DNA of 64,000 nucleotides from Mobula hypostoma (lineage: Eukaryota): positions 23,126,001 through 23,190,000 of the forward strand of contig NC_086120.1 of the NCBI RefSeq assembly GCF_963921235.1, given 5' to 3'. The notes below the pieces were generated by a model. The model did no database searches and was not told the origin of the DNA. It worked only from the letters and a program-made list of their open reading frames with translations. Positions 48,560 to 62,388 of this stretch are shown here, in pieces. The position numbers and the translations under genes are program-made. Each line of letters starts with the position of its first letter. The first letter of the stretch is position 1.

Positions 48560-49010
48560 TACTGATTGGGCCGCCAGAATGACACGGAACGCCTGTGAAG
48601 CTCTCCTTTTAAACGAGCGCCGCTGACCTATGCGAATCCCTCCTCGCTGTGCGCTGCTCCCGCCGCTGACTAGGCCTGCGATGCTTACTTTTAAACAAGC
48701 ACTGCCAACCTACACGAATCCCTCCTTGCTGTGCGCTGCTCCCGCCGCTGACTTGGCCTGTGATGCTCTTCTTTTAAACGAGTGCTGCCAACCTACACGA
48801 ATCCCTCCTCACTGTGCGCTGCTCCCGCCGCTAACTAGGCCTGTGATGCTCTTCTTTTAAACGAGTGCTGCCAACCTACACGAATCCCTCCTCGCTGTGC
48901 GCTGCTCCCGCCGCTGACTAGGCCTGCGATGCTTACTTTTAAACAAGCACTGCCAACCTGCGAGAATCGTCCTCTCTTGTGTGCTGCTCCTGTCACTGAC
49001 TAGGCCGCTG
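48560..49010. repeat. Minisatellite, 82-83-bp unit, about 5 copies
   Basis: The aaac of the ttttaaac anchor recurs at 48611, 48693, 48776, 48859 and 48941. Confidence 0.9.
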
Positions 49011-50218
49011 GAATGACCAAGTCATTTAACTAGTAGAATGTGAGGAGAAAGGGAAATGAATGAGGGTGGAGAACAGTTGGGAATGATTATTAGCATTTGC
49101 CGTCATGTGTGCTTTATGTTCCAGTGGGCAGACTACTAAACACATAATGAAGTGAGGTATGATGCAAATCCTCTGGTTTCCGTAGATAGAAATATCCTCC
49201 TCGCACTGAATATCACCTCTTCCTGAAGAATGAGAGATCTTGCTCCTTTACATACCAATCTTTACATCAATGTTCGCTGTAGACTTCTGCTGACTTCCTG
49301 TGAGTCACAGGCCTGGACCTGCTGTCTGCACTTTCTTGTTTTTACATCCAAGCTGGCAGCATCTTCCGTGGAACACTGGTGCCTGTACTTCCCTCGTCGG
49401 GATTTCACCAAAGGCCTGTTGACCAAACACGACGACAGCTTCTTTGGGAGTGTAATCTTGGCAGACACTTCATGTTGGACCAGGATGAAAAGAGTCAACA
49501 CTTCCATAATGGGAGTCTGTGTTGTTTTTGTTTTTCTGAGATGAAATAACGAAATGCTTCATGCCCTCAGTCATTGTTGGAAATTTCTACAATTAACACT
49601 GAAAATATACACTCTGTGGCCACTTTAGTAAGTACCTCCTAAACCTAATAAAGTGGCCACTGAATATATTTCAGTACGTTCGTGGTCTCTTCTGCACACC
49701 ACTGTTGTAACATCTGGTTACTTGAGTTACAGTCACCTTCAGCTTGAACCAGTCTGGCCGTTCTCCTCTGACCTCTCTCATTAACAAGGTGTTTTCACCC
49801 ACAGAACAGGATTTTATTTTTTTGTTTATCGCCCTATTCTTTGTAAACTCTGGAGACCGTTGTGCATGAAAATCCTGGAAATCAGCAATTCCTGAGATAC
49901 TGAAACCACCCCATCTGGCACCAACAGTCACTCCATAGTCACAGTCACTTAGGTCACATTTCTTCCCCATTCTGATGTTCAGACTGAGCAACAACTGAAC
50001 CTCTTGACCATGTCTGCATGCTTTTATGCACTGTTGCTGCCACATGATTGGCTGATCAGATATTTGTATTAACAAGCTGGTGTACCTACTAAATAGCCAC
50101 CGAGTTTATTTCACACGGATGACTTTTAGCTTGTTTTAAAGTATCAACGAGCTGAACTCATTACCAATTCCCTACCACTTCCTTCTGTGTGTTTTCCTGC
50201 AATTGTAACTCAAGATAG

Positions 50219-53200
50219 TGTAACACCCTGATTACGATTTTTACCGCTGTGCTGTAGGCATTTCATTTTAGCAGTTCTGTAAGAGCAGTCTGTTCTGCTT
50301 TCAGCTTGTTTGGGTTTGAGCCAAGCTGAATGGTTTTGTTGTTCCACTTAGGAATGTGATGTCAGCCAGTCAGGGTGGTGGAATTGGGAGAAAGTTCTAG
50401 AGAATGCTGGGTGGAGAGGTTTTGTGAGGGCCACAGGTGTGGGTTGAGGTCTTTTTTGGCGGGAGTTGGTAGAAGACAGGAGGGAAGATGGCGGAGGATG
50501 CTGTTCCTGTTGCACGAGGTGCTTTGTGCAGATGAATGGCTTCAGGGAGGAAGGACCAATACTCCTGTGGGGGAGCCCGTTTGTTCGAGATGGATTTCGA
50601 GCCACATTGGGAAGGTGGTGTGTGCTTTCACGCAGACTGATGGTTAGAGTGTGAGTTACAGGCAAGTTCAAGATGAGCTCCAACTTGTGTGCACATTTGA
50701 CTGTTTAATTATAATAGGCTCTTTTTGCTTTTTTTCCTCCTTTTTTTTCTTTGACAACTATTTGGTTAAGTTAAAGTTCATAAATATACTTTCTTTATAA
50801 TTGTATGCAGTGTGCAATCTTATTTCTTGCTGACGGGCAATTGCAAGGAGGTAGTGAATCACATAGCAGTCACTCAAACTGGGGTTTGGGTGGGTGAGAT
50901 GTCCCAACCTTAAGGGTTTGGCGGGACTAAAGTCACATGCACCCTGGACATGTGGAGTCTGAGAAAGGTGGGTTTCTTGCTGTGGAGTCCAGTGGCCGTT
51001 AGCGAGGGGCTAACGAGCCACATTTCCAGAGACACCCAGTAAAAAGGGGTTTCATTGTGGGGGCTTGTCTGGGATTGATTTTGTTAACTGCTCTGTGGTT
51101 GCCCTAAGAATTGATTAAGTGGGTTTTATGTTTAAGCCTGTGTTGAACTATTGGCTGGGAAAGTGATTACGATATGTGGTTATGCATGCCGCAGGGATTA
51201 AGTGTCAGTGCGATTCAGAGATTACCTGTAAATCATGCTTGTGTTCAGAGTAGGGTGGATACCCGTAGTCCCGATGAATTGTTGATTAGGGTTTTAAGTG
51301 CTGTTGGAGTATTAGGGAAAGTTATGGTCATGGAATGGCAATTTGTCTGTGCGGTGGGGAAAAATGAGTTAGTTCAGCTAGCGCTGACGTAATGGGAGTG
51401 GATCTGCCTGTTACCCTTGCAATACCCACAGAGGAGGGGTCATGGGCCATCCGAACTTTCAGAGAAGAGGGGAGATGGGTGAGGGTGCCAAGTTGAAAGT
51501 AGAGTTTCCCATAGCTGAGGACGGAGACTTTAAAGGAAAGTTGCTCTTGTTTCTGCAGAGTCAGGGGAAGGAGTTGTGAAAGGTCTACTGAGTCCTTCAG
51601 CTGCTGGTTTAAATCCTGAACTCATGTTGGCTATTACATCGCTGGTTGATAAATGCAGAAGTATACCTGTGGAGAGCCAAAGTTATTGTAAGCTGGGAGT
51701 ATTCTCTGGAGTCAAACCCACACCCAATGGGGAAAGAGAAGATGAGGTTTGGGCTGAGCGGACATCTCAGTCACTGGGAGAATGGCAGTACTCTGATAAT
51801 ATGAAAAGATTGAGACTGGTAGAGAGCTTAACGGGGCCGGCACCTGATATACTGAGGTTCCTCAAGGCGGAAAATCTACTAGCCACATCAGCTAGTTACC
51901 TGCAAGCTCTGGAAGGTGCTTTTGGCACTACTGGAAGTGTAGCTGACCTTTGGGTGAAGTTTAGGCACAGATTTCAGGGGGAAGGAGAGAAGTTGTCTGC
52001 CTGTACTTGCAGGTTGAAGCTGCTGCACTGCTTGAGCCAGAGGGGGCATTCAACTGCCTGAGAGAAATTGCTTGAGGGTGGAGCAAGTGGTGAAGGGCAG
52101 GCTGTCATGTGATGTGATTGCTCTACTTATTCGAACGACCCACAAGATGTGCCCTCCTCCATTTTTTACCGAGTTACTCGGAGAGGTTAGAGAGGAGGAA
52201 AACGCGTTGGAGAAGTGGGAGGCTTCCGTCGGCAGGGCACTGTCCTCGGTAGTAGCCTCTGTTGCTACAGCGACCCCTGATTCTACACAAGCGGGGGTTT
52301 TGCAGGATGTTGAGAAAGATCTGGGAGCCAAGGTATTCCGGATGATGTTGGTTGGTGCTGCCACCAAGCCTGACAAGGCCAGTACGAAGCCAGACCCGCT
52401 GGTGGGGCCTACCAAGGCGAGGGCTGCTGCTGACCAGAGAAGTGACTGGTATTTTCTGTTACAACTGTGGAGAAGATAGACATTTCCAGCGGGAGTGTGA
52501 AAGACAGCAAAAATCTTCACAAGGTAAATCAGCGGTTAATCAAACAGCGAAGGAAAGAGGTAAAACTACAGGGGGACCCAGTAAAGGAAGGGGCTGACTT
52601 TTCAGAGAGGATACATTCCCATCAGTGTATCAGGGAAAATACTAAAGTACCAAACACAATTCCTGAAGGTTTCATGGGACCAAGCTATGATGTATCCATA
52701 CAGATTGAAGGCAATTATGCTAGAGCTATACTGGACACAGGTTCTCAAGTTACTTGTCCCGCTTGGTGGCGCAATAACATCAGCGCCGGACTCCGGAGCG
52801 AAGGTTCCCGAGTTTGAATCCAAGTCAGGTTGAGTGTCGAGCTAGCAACTCGGCCTGGTAAAAATAAGAATAGCTTGCTGTGGAAACACCGATAAAAGAC
52901 GGTGCCCCGATAACTCCACTGCTGTGTTAAGGGCTATTCTTCTTCTCAAGTCACTTGGCTTTATAGATCCTTTTACAACCAGTATTTGACGCATTTACCA
53001 TTGATGCCACTCAGTGTCCCTGAGACTCGAGGGCTTAGTACTGATGAGTACCTGTACGATGGTTACTTGTCGTTGAAGCTGAACTTTTCGGAAGTAGATG
53101 TTGGAGGAACTAAGACTATTGACACACCCATGTTGGTCTGCCGGGATCCGATTGAAAAGGGTGGGGTTTCCATTCTTGTGGGGACAAACACTGCCGTTGT

Positions 53201-54602
53201 GAGAAGGCTCCTGGGAGCATGCAAGGAGAGAAATGGAGAGAACTGTTTGAAAACTTTGTCCATCCACCCCGTGTTCAGAGCTGCTTTTGAGAAGGTGCAA
53301 GTTCCTCCTAAGTGGGATGGTAAGCAGAAACCAAAAACTGTGTGGTACACCCAGTCTAAACCTGTCATGTTACATCCTGGAGGAGTAGCTGGAGTGACAG
53401 GAACCCTGAATTTGCTGGAATCTCCGAGAAATGGAGAAGAAGCTTAACTGAGAAGATGTTGGGACACGAAGATACGTTTTCTACTGACGAGTCTGATGTT
53501 GGTTATGCCAGGAGTACTTGCCACACCGTTGGAGTGACCGAGGACACCCCTTTCCGAGAGAGGTCTCGCCGGTTAGCACCAACGGAGGGTGAGGATGTTT
53601 GGCTGCATCAGCTTAAACGGGCGGAAGTTAAATTCAGTCATGGAGCGGGAGGACATGAGTCGCCGGAAGACATCAATGATAGACAGGGAGGTGCACTCTC
53701 TAGTAGACAGGGTCACAAGGGGTGGTTGAAGCTGGAGGAGCTGAAGGTGGGATAAAGAGGTCTCAAACCCCCAGAGAGGCTGGCCTGTGACGCACGGGGG
53801 GAACATCATCCATGTAGTGAGAAATGTCACTACCATTCATAAATAGATTGGAGCTCCTGACATCAGGAAATTCCTTTGAAAACCCTTGATGAGTTTCAAA
53901 GTCATGAGGACATGACTGTTTTAGCTGGGGGAGAGAGTGTAATGCCCTGGTTACGATTATTACTGCTATGCTGTAGGTATTTGATTTTAGCAGCTCTGTA
54001 AGAGCAGTCTGTTCTGCTTTCAGCCTGTTAGGGTTTGAACTGAGATAAAAGGCTTTGTTGTTCAACTTAGGAATGTGGTGTCAGCCAATCAGGATGGTGG
54101 AATTGGGAGAAGTTCTAGAGAACGCTGGGCTGAGAGGTTTTGTGAGGAACACTGGTGTGGGTTGAGGTCTTTTTTGGTGGGAACTGGGAGAAGACGAAGG
54201 GAAGGTGGCTGCGGATGCTGCCCCTGTTGCACAAGGTGCTTTGTGCAGATGAATGGCTTCAAGGAAGAAGGACCAATACTCCCTCGGGAGACCCATTTGT
54301 TTGAGATGGATTTCGAGCGACATTTGGGAAGATGGTGTGTGCTTTCACGCAAACTGAGGGTCCAGCACGCGAGTTACAGACAACTTCAAGATGAGCTCCA
54401 ACTTGCATGCATATTTGACTGTTCAATTATAAAGGAGCCTTTTTGTTTTTTTTTTGCTTTCTTTTCTTTAATAACTCTGGTTAAACTGACGTTCATAAAT
54501 ATACTCTCTTTATAATTGTATGCAGTGTATGATCTGTTATTTCTTGCCGACGGCGATTGCCAGGGGGGCAGTAAATCACACAGCATTCACAGAAACCGGG
54601 GT
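50219..54602 (+). mobile_element. Gypsy LTR retrotransposon with PNMA-like gag, internally deleted
   Basis: 5' LTR 50219-51054; tRNA-Pro-like PBS tgggggcttgtctgggat (51058-51075); gag YCKLGVFSG..PTPNGE...RLVESLTGPA...YLQALEGAFG; knuckle CYNCGEDRHFQREC; protease AILDTGSQVT; RT start TPFRERSRRLAP; PPT then 3' LTR from 53938, truncated at ~54602. Confidence 0.9.
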
Positions 54603-54982
54603 AACTCGTGCATCGCAGTGACACAGACTACAGCAACTGTGATTGGTCCGCTTGGTAGCGTCGCATTTCCTCCTACGCATTTCCAGTTGCTCTTCTCCGC
54701 CATGTCTGTACACTGATGCGAAATAAATGGTTGGAAACGATGAACCAAATCGTCAAATCTACCTGCCGACATCTGAAAGTATTTGAAATACATTTCTTCG
54801 TCCTTGTCTCTCACGAAGAAACTCAACACAGTGGCATAGAAACCCCACCGCCAACTAGCGTTTTGGCGGTGAATTGCAGAGCGACGCAGACACAACTACG
54901 CATGCTCGCTACAGCATAGGGCTATGCAAAAGTATAAATCAGGCCAACGGTGTAGCCCGTATGCATAAGTATAAATCAGCCT
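54603..54982 (-). mobile_element. PIF/Harbinger-like fragment (one end only)
   Basis: Terminus aagtataaatcagcct; remnant [20 protein letters not shown] resembles a Harbinger transposase N-terminus. Confidence 0.55.
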
Positions 54983-56009
54983 TTACTCTGCTAGTGGTCT
55001 GTGTTGGTGATCTCTCCCCTGAGCCTGCTACATAGGTCAAAACTGCCAAGTGTACAGGAGGGCAGGGGTCACTTCTGCTCAGTGGACCATGGATCTTGTA
55101 CGGGTTCAAGATCATTATCTTCAGACATTCAGACCTCCAACGGCAGTAACGGGTGCGGCACGCAGTTGGAGCATGTATTGTTTCAGTATGGTGGGATCTC
55201 TCTGTGTCTGTTGTGGGCAGAGTGTATGTGGAAGAGTGGTGGTGACAATCTTTGCTGTGGTCAGATCGCTAGAAGTTTGAGTGTTACAGAAGGGCTGTAC
55301 GAGTGTTTCAAAATGCGCGAATATCAGAATCACCGTCATATGTTGTGAAATTTAATAGCTTTATGGCAGCAGTACAATGAAGTACATGATAAATATAGAG
55401 GGGGGAAAAAACTGAATTACAGTAAGTATATTTTTACTCCTTTGCAGTTTTGGTTCTCAGCTGCAGCAGGCTAAAACGAGAATATTTGATGATTTCCATC
55501 GTTTTTTGATGATTTCCATTGTTTAGCGCCCCGGAAGTTATTGGGGCTGGAGTGCTCTTTACCTGAGGTGATTGTTGGGTGGGTGATGGAGCAGTTGGAC
55601 ATTTGTTGATGTATTCACTACCCACACCTAAGAGACGAATACATCTCTTCTGCTGGAGCCATGTCCTGGGAGCATCAGCTCTGGCCACCATCTCTCAAGG
55701 GCAGCATTTGATGTTGGGGCTTCTTTTGACTCTTGAGCCTGCAGGGCGGCCTGACCTCTGCTGTGCCTGCTTTGCAGTTGCCGGAGTTTGTGCAGGATAG
55801 TTTTGTTGGTATAGGTTTATTATCGGTACGTGTACCAAGGTACAGTGAAAAGCTTGCCCTGCATGCTATTCGTACAGCTCAGTTCATTACATGGTGTACT
55901 GAGGTAGAACATGTAAAGTCAAGTGAAGTTTATTGTCACTTAACTACATACCTGTATATAGCATATATGGTGTATATAGAAACGAGACATTTCTTTAAAC
56001 CAAGGTGTA

Positions 56010-56512
56010 AAGCACCGGAAGAAGCTGCAGAAGATCGTGAACACGGCGCAGCACATCACACAAACCAATCTTCCATCCTTGGACTCACTTTACACCGCAC
56101 GCTGTCGGAGCAGTGCTGCCAGGATAATCAAGGACACGACCCACCCAGCCAACACACTTTTCGTCCCTCTTCCCTCCAGGAGAAGGCTCAGGAGCTTGAA
56201 GACTCGTACGGCCAGATTTGGGAACAGCTTCTTTCCAACTGTGATAAGACTGCTGAACGGATCCTGACCCGGATCTGGGCCGTACCCTCCAAATATCCGG
56301 ACCTGCCTCTTGGTTTTTTTGCACTACCTTACTTTCCATTTTCTATTTTCTATTTATGATTTATAATTTAAATTTTTAAAATTTACTAATTTTTACTATT
56401 TTTATTATTTAATATTTGTAATCCAGGGAGAGGGAAGCGCAGAATCAAATATCGCTGTGATGATTGTACATTCTAGTATCAATTGTTTGGCGACAATAAA
56501 GTATAAAGTATA
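56010..56512 (+). mobile_element. Rex1/Babar LINE 3' end
   Basis: KKLQKIVNTAQHIT..LPSLDSLYTARCRSSAARIIKDTTHPANTLFVPLPSRRRLRS..NSFFPTVIRLLN; aataaagtataaagtata tail. Confidence 0.85.
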
Positions 56513-56579
56513 ACACACATTAATTTATGAAGGTAAGGATAAAATCTACAGATGAATCACACATAAATAACAAACTAAA

Positions 56580-57590
56580 GTGCATTAATATTAAATAGAA
56601 CAGAGTAACCAGTGACACTTCGAATAAGATGCGGCAGAGATTTCAGAAGCCTAATGGCCTGTGGGGGACTGTTCTCATCCTGACCATTCTTGTCTTTATG
56701 CATCCGAGTCTCCTGCCTACTGGTAGAAAGTCAAAGAGGATGTTGGATGGATGGGTGGGATCCTTAATAATACTAAGATAGTCCTGATGAACGTCCCCAG
56801 TGGAGGAAGAGAGACCCCTATGATGCTCTCAGCTGTTCTCACAGTCCTTTGTTGGGTCTTCCAGTCCGATGCTCGGCTGCTCCCATACCAGATGGAGATG
56901 CAACTTGTCAGGGCGCTCAGAGTGGTGTTCCTGTAAAGGGTCTCAGCCCGAAACGTCGACTATACCTCTTCCTAGAGATGCTGCCTGGCCTGCTGCGTTC
57001 ACCAGCAACTTTGATGTGTGTTGCTTAGGGTCAGAGGGGGTGGTGAGAGCTGTGCTCGCCTCCATCTTCTTAGGAGGTGGAAGCACTGCTGTGCCTTCTT
57101 GTTCAGGGAGGTGTTATTAAGGGACCAGGTGAGGTAATCCGTGATGTGAACTCTCAGGAACTTGGTGCACTTAACTCTCTCTATGGAGGAGCCATGCATT
57201 TGCAGAGGGGAATGGTTCGTCTGCACCTTCCTGAAGTCCACAATGATTTCCTTTGTCTTCTCCACTTTCAGGCTTAAGTTGCTCTTCTCACACCAATCCA
57301 CCAGCCGCTTCACTTCCTCTCTACTCCGTCTCATCATTATTCTTGATGAGGTCAACCACTCTTGTGTCATCAGTAACTTGATGACACGGTTTGAGCTGGA
57401 TCCTTCGGTACAGTCATACATCAGCGACGGGCTGAATACAGCGCCTTGGGAGTGCCAGTGCTCAGTGTAATGGGACTAGAGATGTTGCTGCACACACAGA
57501 CTGACTGTGGCCTTACTGTTAAGAAGTCCAGTATCCAGCTGCAGAGGGAGGTGTTGAGACCCTGCGAGGACAGTTTCCCCACCAGTTTAA
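56580..57590 (-). mobile_element. Rex1/Babar LINE fragment with a short Penelope-end insertion (~56935-57025)
   Basis: [50 protein letters not shown]. Confidence 0.8.
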
Positions 57591-60388
57591 AATAATAACA
57601 AAGCAGAATGAAGTATAAAAGCTGCCAAGCTCCACTGCAGGTAAACCAAGTGCAAGATCGCAACAAGTTAGATTGAGGCCCAGAGTCTGTCTTGTCGTAC
57701 AATAGGTCTGTTCGAGGATAACAGTGGGCTAGAAGCTGTCCTTGAGCATGTGAAATGTGCTGTTAGGCTTTTGCATCTTCTGTGTGATGGGAGGAGGGAG
57801 AATGTCCCTAAGACATGAGGGCAGAATTAGGCCATTCGACCCATTGAGTGGGCTCCACCATTCCATCATGGCTGATCCATTTTTCCTCCTGGCCTCCGTC
57901 TCCTGCCTTCTCCTTGTGCCCAGGTTGGGTGGGGTCTTTGATTATTTGGCTGCTTTACTGAGGCGTTGAGAAGTATAGATGCAGTCCATAGAGAGTAGCC
58001 GGTCCCTGAAGTTGCTCATGGTTTGAATGTACATTGTGGACAAGACCTTGTTTGCAGTTGGTGGTTGGCCCAGACCCAGTGGGCCGAAGGGCCTGTTTCC
58101 ATTGACTCTGTGAAATTGCAGTTGTGTGCATTAAAATCCTGCCCCTCAGACAGAGTCATTTTAGTATTAACCTTGCTGAGTTGTACTAGTAATGAAAAGC
58201 GATATTTGCCTTATGGAAGATGTTTGAAAATGATTCCTTAACACTGGTGTATAACTGGGATCACGGCTGGGTAGCTTTCCTTGTCCAAATGCTAAGCTGA
58301 GAGCATTCCAGCATTCCTCCTTGTGACGTGGCAGGGAAATGCTTTTCGCAGTTACCCTAGGCTTTTAAAAAAAGAAACAAATACGAGCATCAGCAGGAAG
58401 TCTGCAGTTCAAAACACCATGCCTGTGTATTAAAGTATGAAAACCATTAACTTTTTGGGCTTGACTGCTTCAAAGCAAATGGCCAGACATGAAAGAAATT
58501 CTCCAGGAGAAATAGAGCCATTTGATGAATGATGTTAATATCATGATTAATTTGATAGCCAGGTCAATTAGAACCACAGTTGCTATTTTCTATTTTTGGT
58601 TCTTAATCAAAGGGAAAGACAGTTATTCACATTTTTAGCATTTGCAGTTAAATTCCCTTATTTTTCTTCTTATTAGCCAATGAAGTGACATGCATCATGA
58701 AGCCCATTTGGTTTAAATTCAGCTCTGTTTTCCTGGTTTGTGTAATGCTTGTTTGACCAACACCAGTGCTGTTCATGGTCTTGTGATCCTATTGCTTAAA
58801 ATTTAAATTCCGCGTCATCATCTTCAGATCACTTCTAACCTCACTGAATTCTTCTCCAGTCTTTCATGTTTCTGGCTCTCTGACCTTTGGCCTTTGACTT
58901 ATTCCACTCCCTTGTGCTCTATTGGCTGCAGAGCCCTTGGCCAACAAGGCCTTTTCCTCCCCACCCCAAACTTCTAAGCTTATCCCTTCAAGGAACCTTT
59001 TTGGTCCTTGTGTCATAGCTTTAGACTCCTGTATCCTGCCTTAAACATTTTCCTTTTTTTGACTCTTTTTCACTCCTCCCCCCCCCCGCTGTATCACCGC
59101 TAGCCCTCCCTATCACTGATGCAGTGATGATGGTATGTTTTTACTTCTAAAATCTCTCACTATGTGCAGTGTTTGTCATGAGGGTGGGGTTTGGATGTTC
59201 TTGGGATTTTTACTTGTGCTTGCTGTGCAGATCTAGAACATAGATTGGTACAGCACAGTATGGGCCTTTTGGCCTACGATGTTGTACTGACCTATATAAA
59301 TCTACCCAAATCTAACCTTCCCTCCTTCACAGCCCATAACGCTCTTTTTTTTTGGCATCCATTTGCCTGTCTAAGAGTTCCTTAAATGTTTCTCACGTTT
59401 CAGCCTCAACACCATGCTTAACAGTGCTAATTTAAAGATTAAAGAAAGATTAACTTTTTGTTTGTCACACGTACAGTGAAGTGCATCGTTTGTGTCAAAT
59501 CAGGACTGTGGTGGGCAGCCTGAAGTGTCACCACCGATTCACTAACCTTGACTGTGCGTCTTAGGAACGTGGGAGGAAACCAGAGCACCCGGAGGAAACC
59601 CACGAGGTCTCGGGGAGAGTGTGTGTACAAACTGCTTGCAGACTGTAATGAGAATGGAGTCCCGACTTGCCGCAGGCGCTGCAACCGCGTTATGCTGACC
59701 GCTACGCTACTGTACCGCCCTGAACCACTAATGAATAGCCCATGACGCCAAAGATCGGTCTTTATTGTGTGAGGAGAGGTTTGGGATTCCTGTGTGGTGA
59801 CTGGAATCTCTGACTGGGGGAGCCCGGGGATTCCTGTGGGGAGTACAGCGAGGGCTGGAAAACGCCCGTAAAGCTTGCCTGAGTAACTACAGCAAAAGTG
59901 GCTCCTCTTCCCACTTCTGATACTGCAGGCAGGATCCATCCCCCAGCCCCCCCCCAAACATTGAGATAAGTGACCTCCTTACTGCTTTCATCCTTGTTGG
60001 GTACAGTTCGTTGGAGACTTTTGCCCAGATTTCTAACGTTGCACCAGATTTTGCTAAACATTGCAAGCTGATGGAGGTTGGCATTTCAAATATAGTCAGT
60101 GCTTTTAAGCAGCCCATTGGCATGGGTTAGGTTCTGATTTTACCTTTCCTATGTCTGAATTTACCAATGAAACTGCGAGTGTGGGGAGGGAGGGGAAATT
60201 TTAACTGTCACTTTGTTCTCAAATTCAGTAATGTTCTTCAACCTTTGCACGTGTCAACTAATGATTAAGACATAGTTAAGCATTTTTGGTCTGTGTTTGT
60301 GTTGGGAATACAGAGGCAAGTGTTGGGATTGTTTTATGGAAACTGGGCACTATCTAAGCATTACCTCTGTTTAGTAATTCACTACTAA

Positions 60389-61364
60389 GGCTATGTCCAC
60401 ACTACGCCGGATAATTTTGAAAACGCCGGTTTCGAGTAAAAACGATAGGCGTCCACACTAAACGTTTTTCAAAATATCTCTGTCCACATTAGACGGATAT
60501 TTGGGCGAATTTCCTCCTACTGGGCATGCGCAGGACACACAGAAAACAAGCGAAGAGGAAACGATATGCTTGGTGCGCGTTTGTCCAGTTACAGAGTAGA
60601 AAAACTTAAAAGGAACTGCTCTTGGCTCTCGCGCAGGAGGACTTAAAACTGAAAAAAAACAAATACTGGAGCGTATGGAGGCAACCGACAGGGAGCTCAC
60701 AGACAGTATGACCCGGCTGATGACGAACATTGAAAAACTGACTAGCTCTATTGCATTAATAAAGCACCTTGTTAAATATATAAAACATGTCTGCATCAGT
60801 GTTATCTTGTATATCCATACAATGTTACATTAGGTTGTTACACATATATTGTCAGAGAAGTACTTGCATAAATAGGTAAACCATCTTCATACAAGCAAGG
60901 ACAGAAAACAGGGCAAAGTGAGTATACTTATTTATTCAGTAAGCTATGGGTCAAAGTATTTGGTGAGTACATTTCTAACTCTTCTGGCTTCAGTCTCGTT
61001 GCCGTCTGTTCTGAAATTGTTAGGTTCTGCGAAGTGCAGAATCAATTATCTATGTGATGATTGTACACTCTAGTATCAATTCTTTGGCGACAATAAAGAA
61101 GTAATAATAATAAGAAGAAAACAATGAAATGCCGGGCTGTCGCCATCTGTTCCGGCACGTCATGACAGCGGTTTTAAAAAGCTCTGGTTACCCCGTACAC
61201 ACTGCAACGGATATTAGGCGTTTTCAGATTTATTCACTCTGGAGACCGTTTCTGAAAATCTCTGTTTTCGGGGGCTGAAAACGCCGTTTCAGTGTGGACA
61301 GAGGATCAAAACGAAGAGAAAAGGCTTCGTTTTCAAAATTATCCGGCATAGTGTAGACGTAGCC
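60389..61364. mobile_element. PIF/Harbinger-type MITE
   Basis: ~37-bp TIRs ggctatgtccacactacgccggataattttgaaaacg / cgttttcaaaattatccggcatagtgtagacgtagcc with TAA TSD on both sides; contains a ~70-bp Rex1 tail (61030-61100) matching 56435-56500. Confidence 0.88.
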
Positions 61365-62388
61365 TAAATTATCTTGGCGAGACTTGTACAAGCCTTCCCA
61401 TTTGCAAAGCCTCATTTGGTAGTTTTGACACTGTTCTGTCAGGGCATTGTCTTAGACCCAATCCCATAATCACTTGGTTGGTTAATGTACCATGAGATTA
61501 AAAGTAAAGACTGTGTGGGCATTGGTGGACTCTGTTTAAATTAATCTGCAACAACTCCACAAGTGAAGCAGTCCTTGTCTGTGCAAGGCCTGGACAACGT
61601 TTGGGGCTGGACTAATAGGTGACAAATAACATTTGACCCACTGAAGTGTTTTTCAGTAACAATCTGTAATTGGCAGTTAGCGTAATGCTGTTACAGTGCC
61701 TGCAACCCGGGTTCAGTTCTGCTGCCTGCGAGGAGTTTGTACGTTCTCCCAAACATCACACGTTTCCTCAGGTGATCTGCTTTCCTATCACATTCCAAAG
61801 ATGTATGGGTTGGTAGGCCAATCACATGGGTGCAATTGGGTGGCATGGGCTTGTTGGGCCACAAGGCCTTGTTGCTGTTCTTCGCTCAAAGGTTTGTCTG
61901 TCATTTGTTTTTTTTTAAAATCTATCTTTTCTAATAACCAGTTTTAGAATTGACGTCCCAATAAACATGACACAGTAAACCCTTACTGCAGGAGGTGCAT
62001 TTAAGCAGCAGATAATTCGCATTTGCTGCAAGCAACCAGGTGGTATAACGCACTCCACCGGGAACTACAACAGCAGTAAGTCAGATATTGAATTGGCCAT
62101 CAGCTGACAGTCGTCTAGGATAAGTGTGGGGAGTTGGTCTCTGAAGTCTAAAGGCAAAAGCCAAGCAGATCTTCCGATCCAAACTGCAGTAGCTGAAGGG
62201 GGAGTTGCCTCAGACAGGTGGTGAATAGTATTCAGACTAATTTTGGAAGCAGTTTTACATAACCCTAAAGGAAAAAGTACAGCTCCTTGGCAGGAGAAAG
62301 AGTAAGCACGGATGCCACTGATGGTTGTAATGGAATGCGTCACACCGGTCTGCATCTTTATTGTTTTTCTTTCTGTGGTTGTTTACAG

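Larger units (their letters stand above)
3163..62388 (+). other. MLLT1: MLLT1 intron 1 (59,226 bp, GT-AG, phase 0)
   Basis: gt at 3163; polypyrimidine tract and tttacag acceptor ending at 62388; in-frame join of exons 1 and 2. Confidence 0.9.

Noticed and set aside
48560-49010. CRISPR-like array
   Set aside because: Whole units repeat with no unique spacers, there are no cas genes, and the context is a vertebrate intron.
49230-49544. 81- and 104-aa ORFs in apparently non-repetitive sequence as a hidden exon
   Set aside because: No recognisable motif or convincing splice-site pair; cannot be supported without a search.
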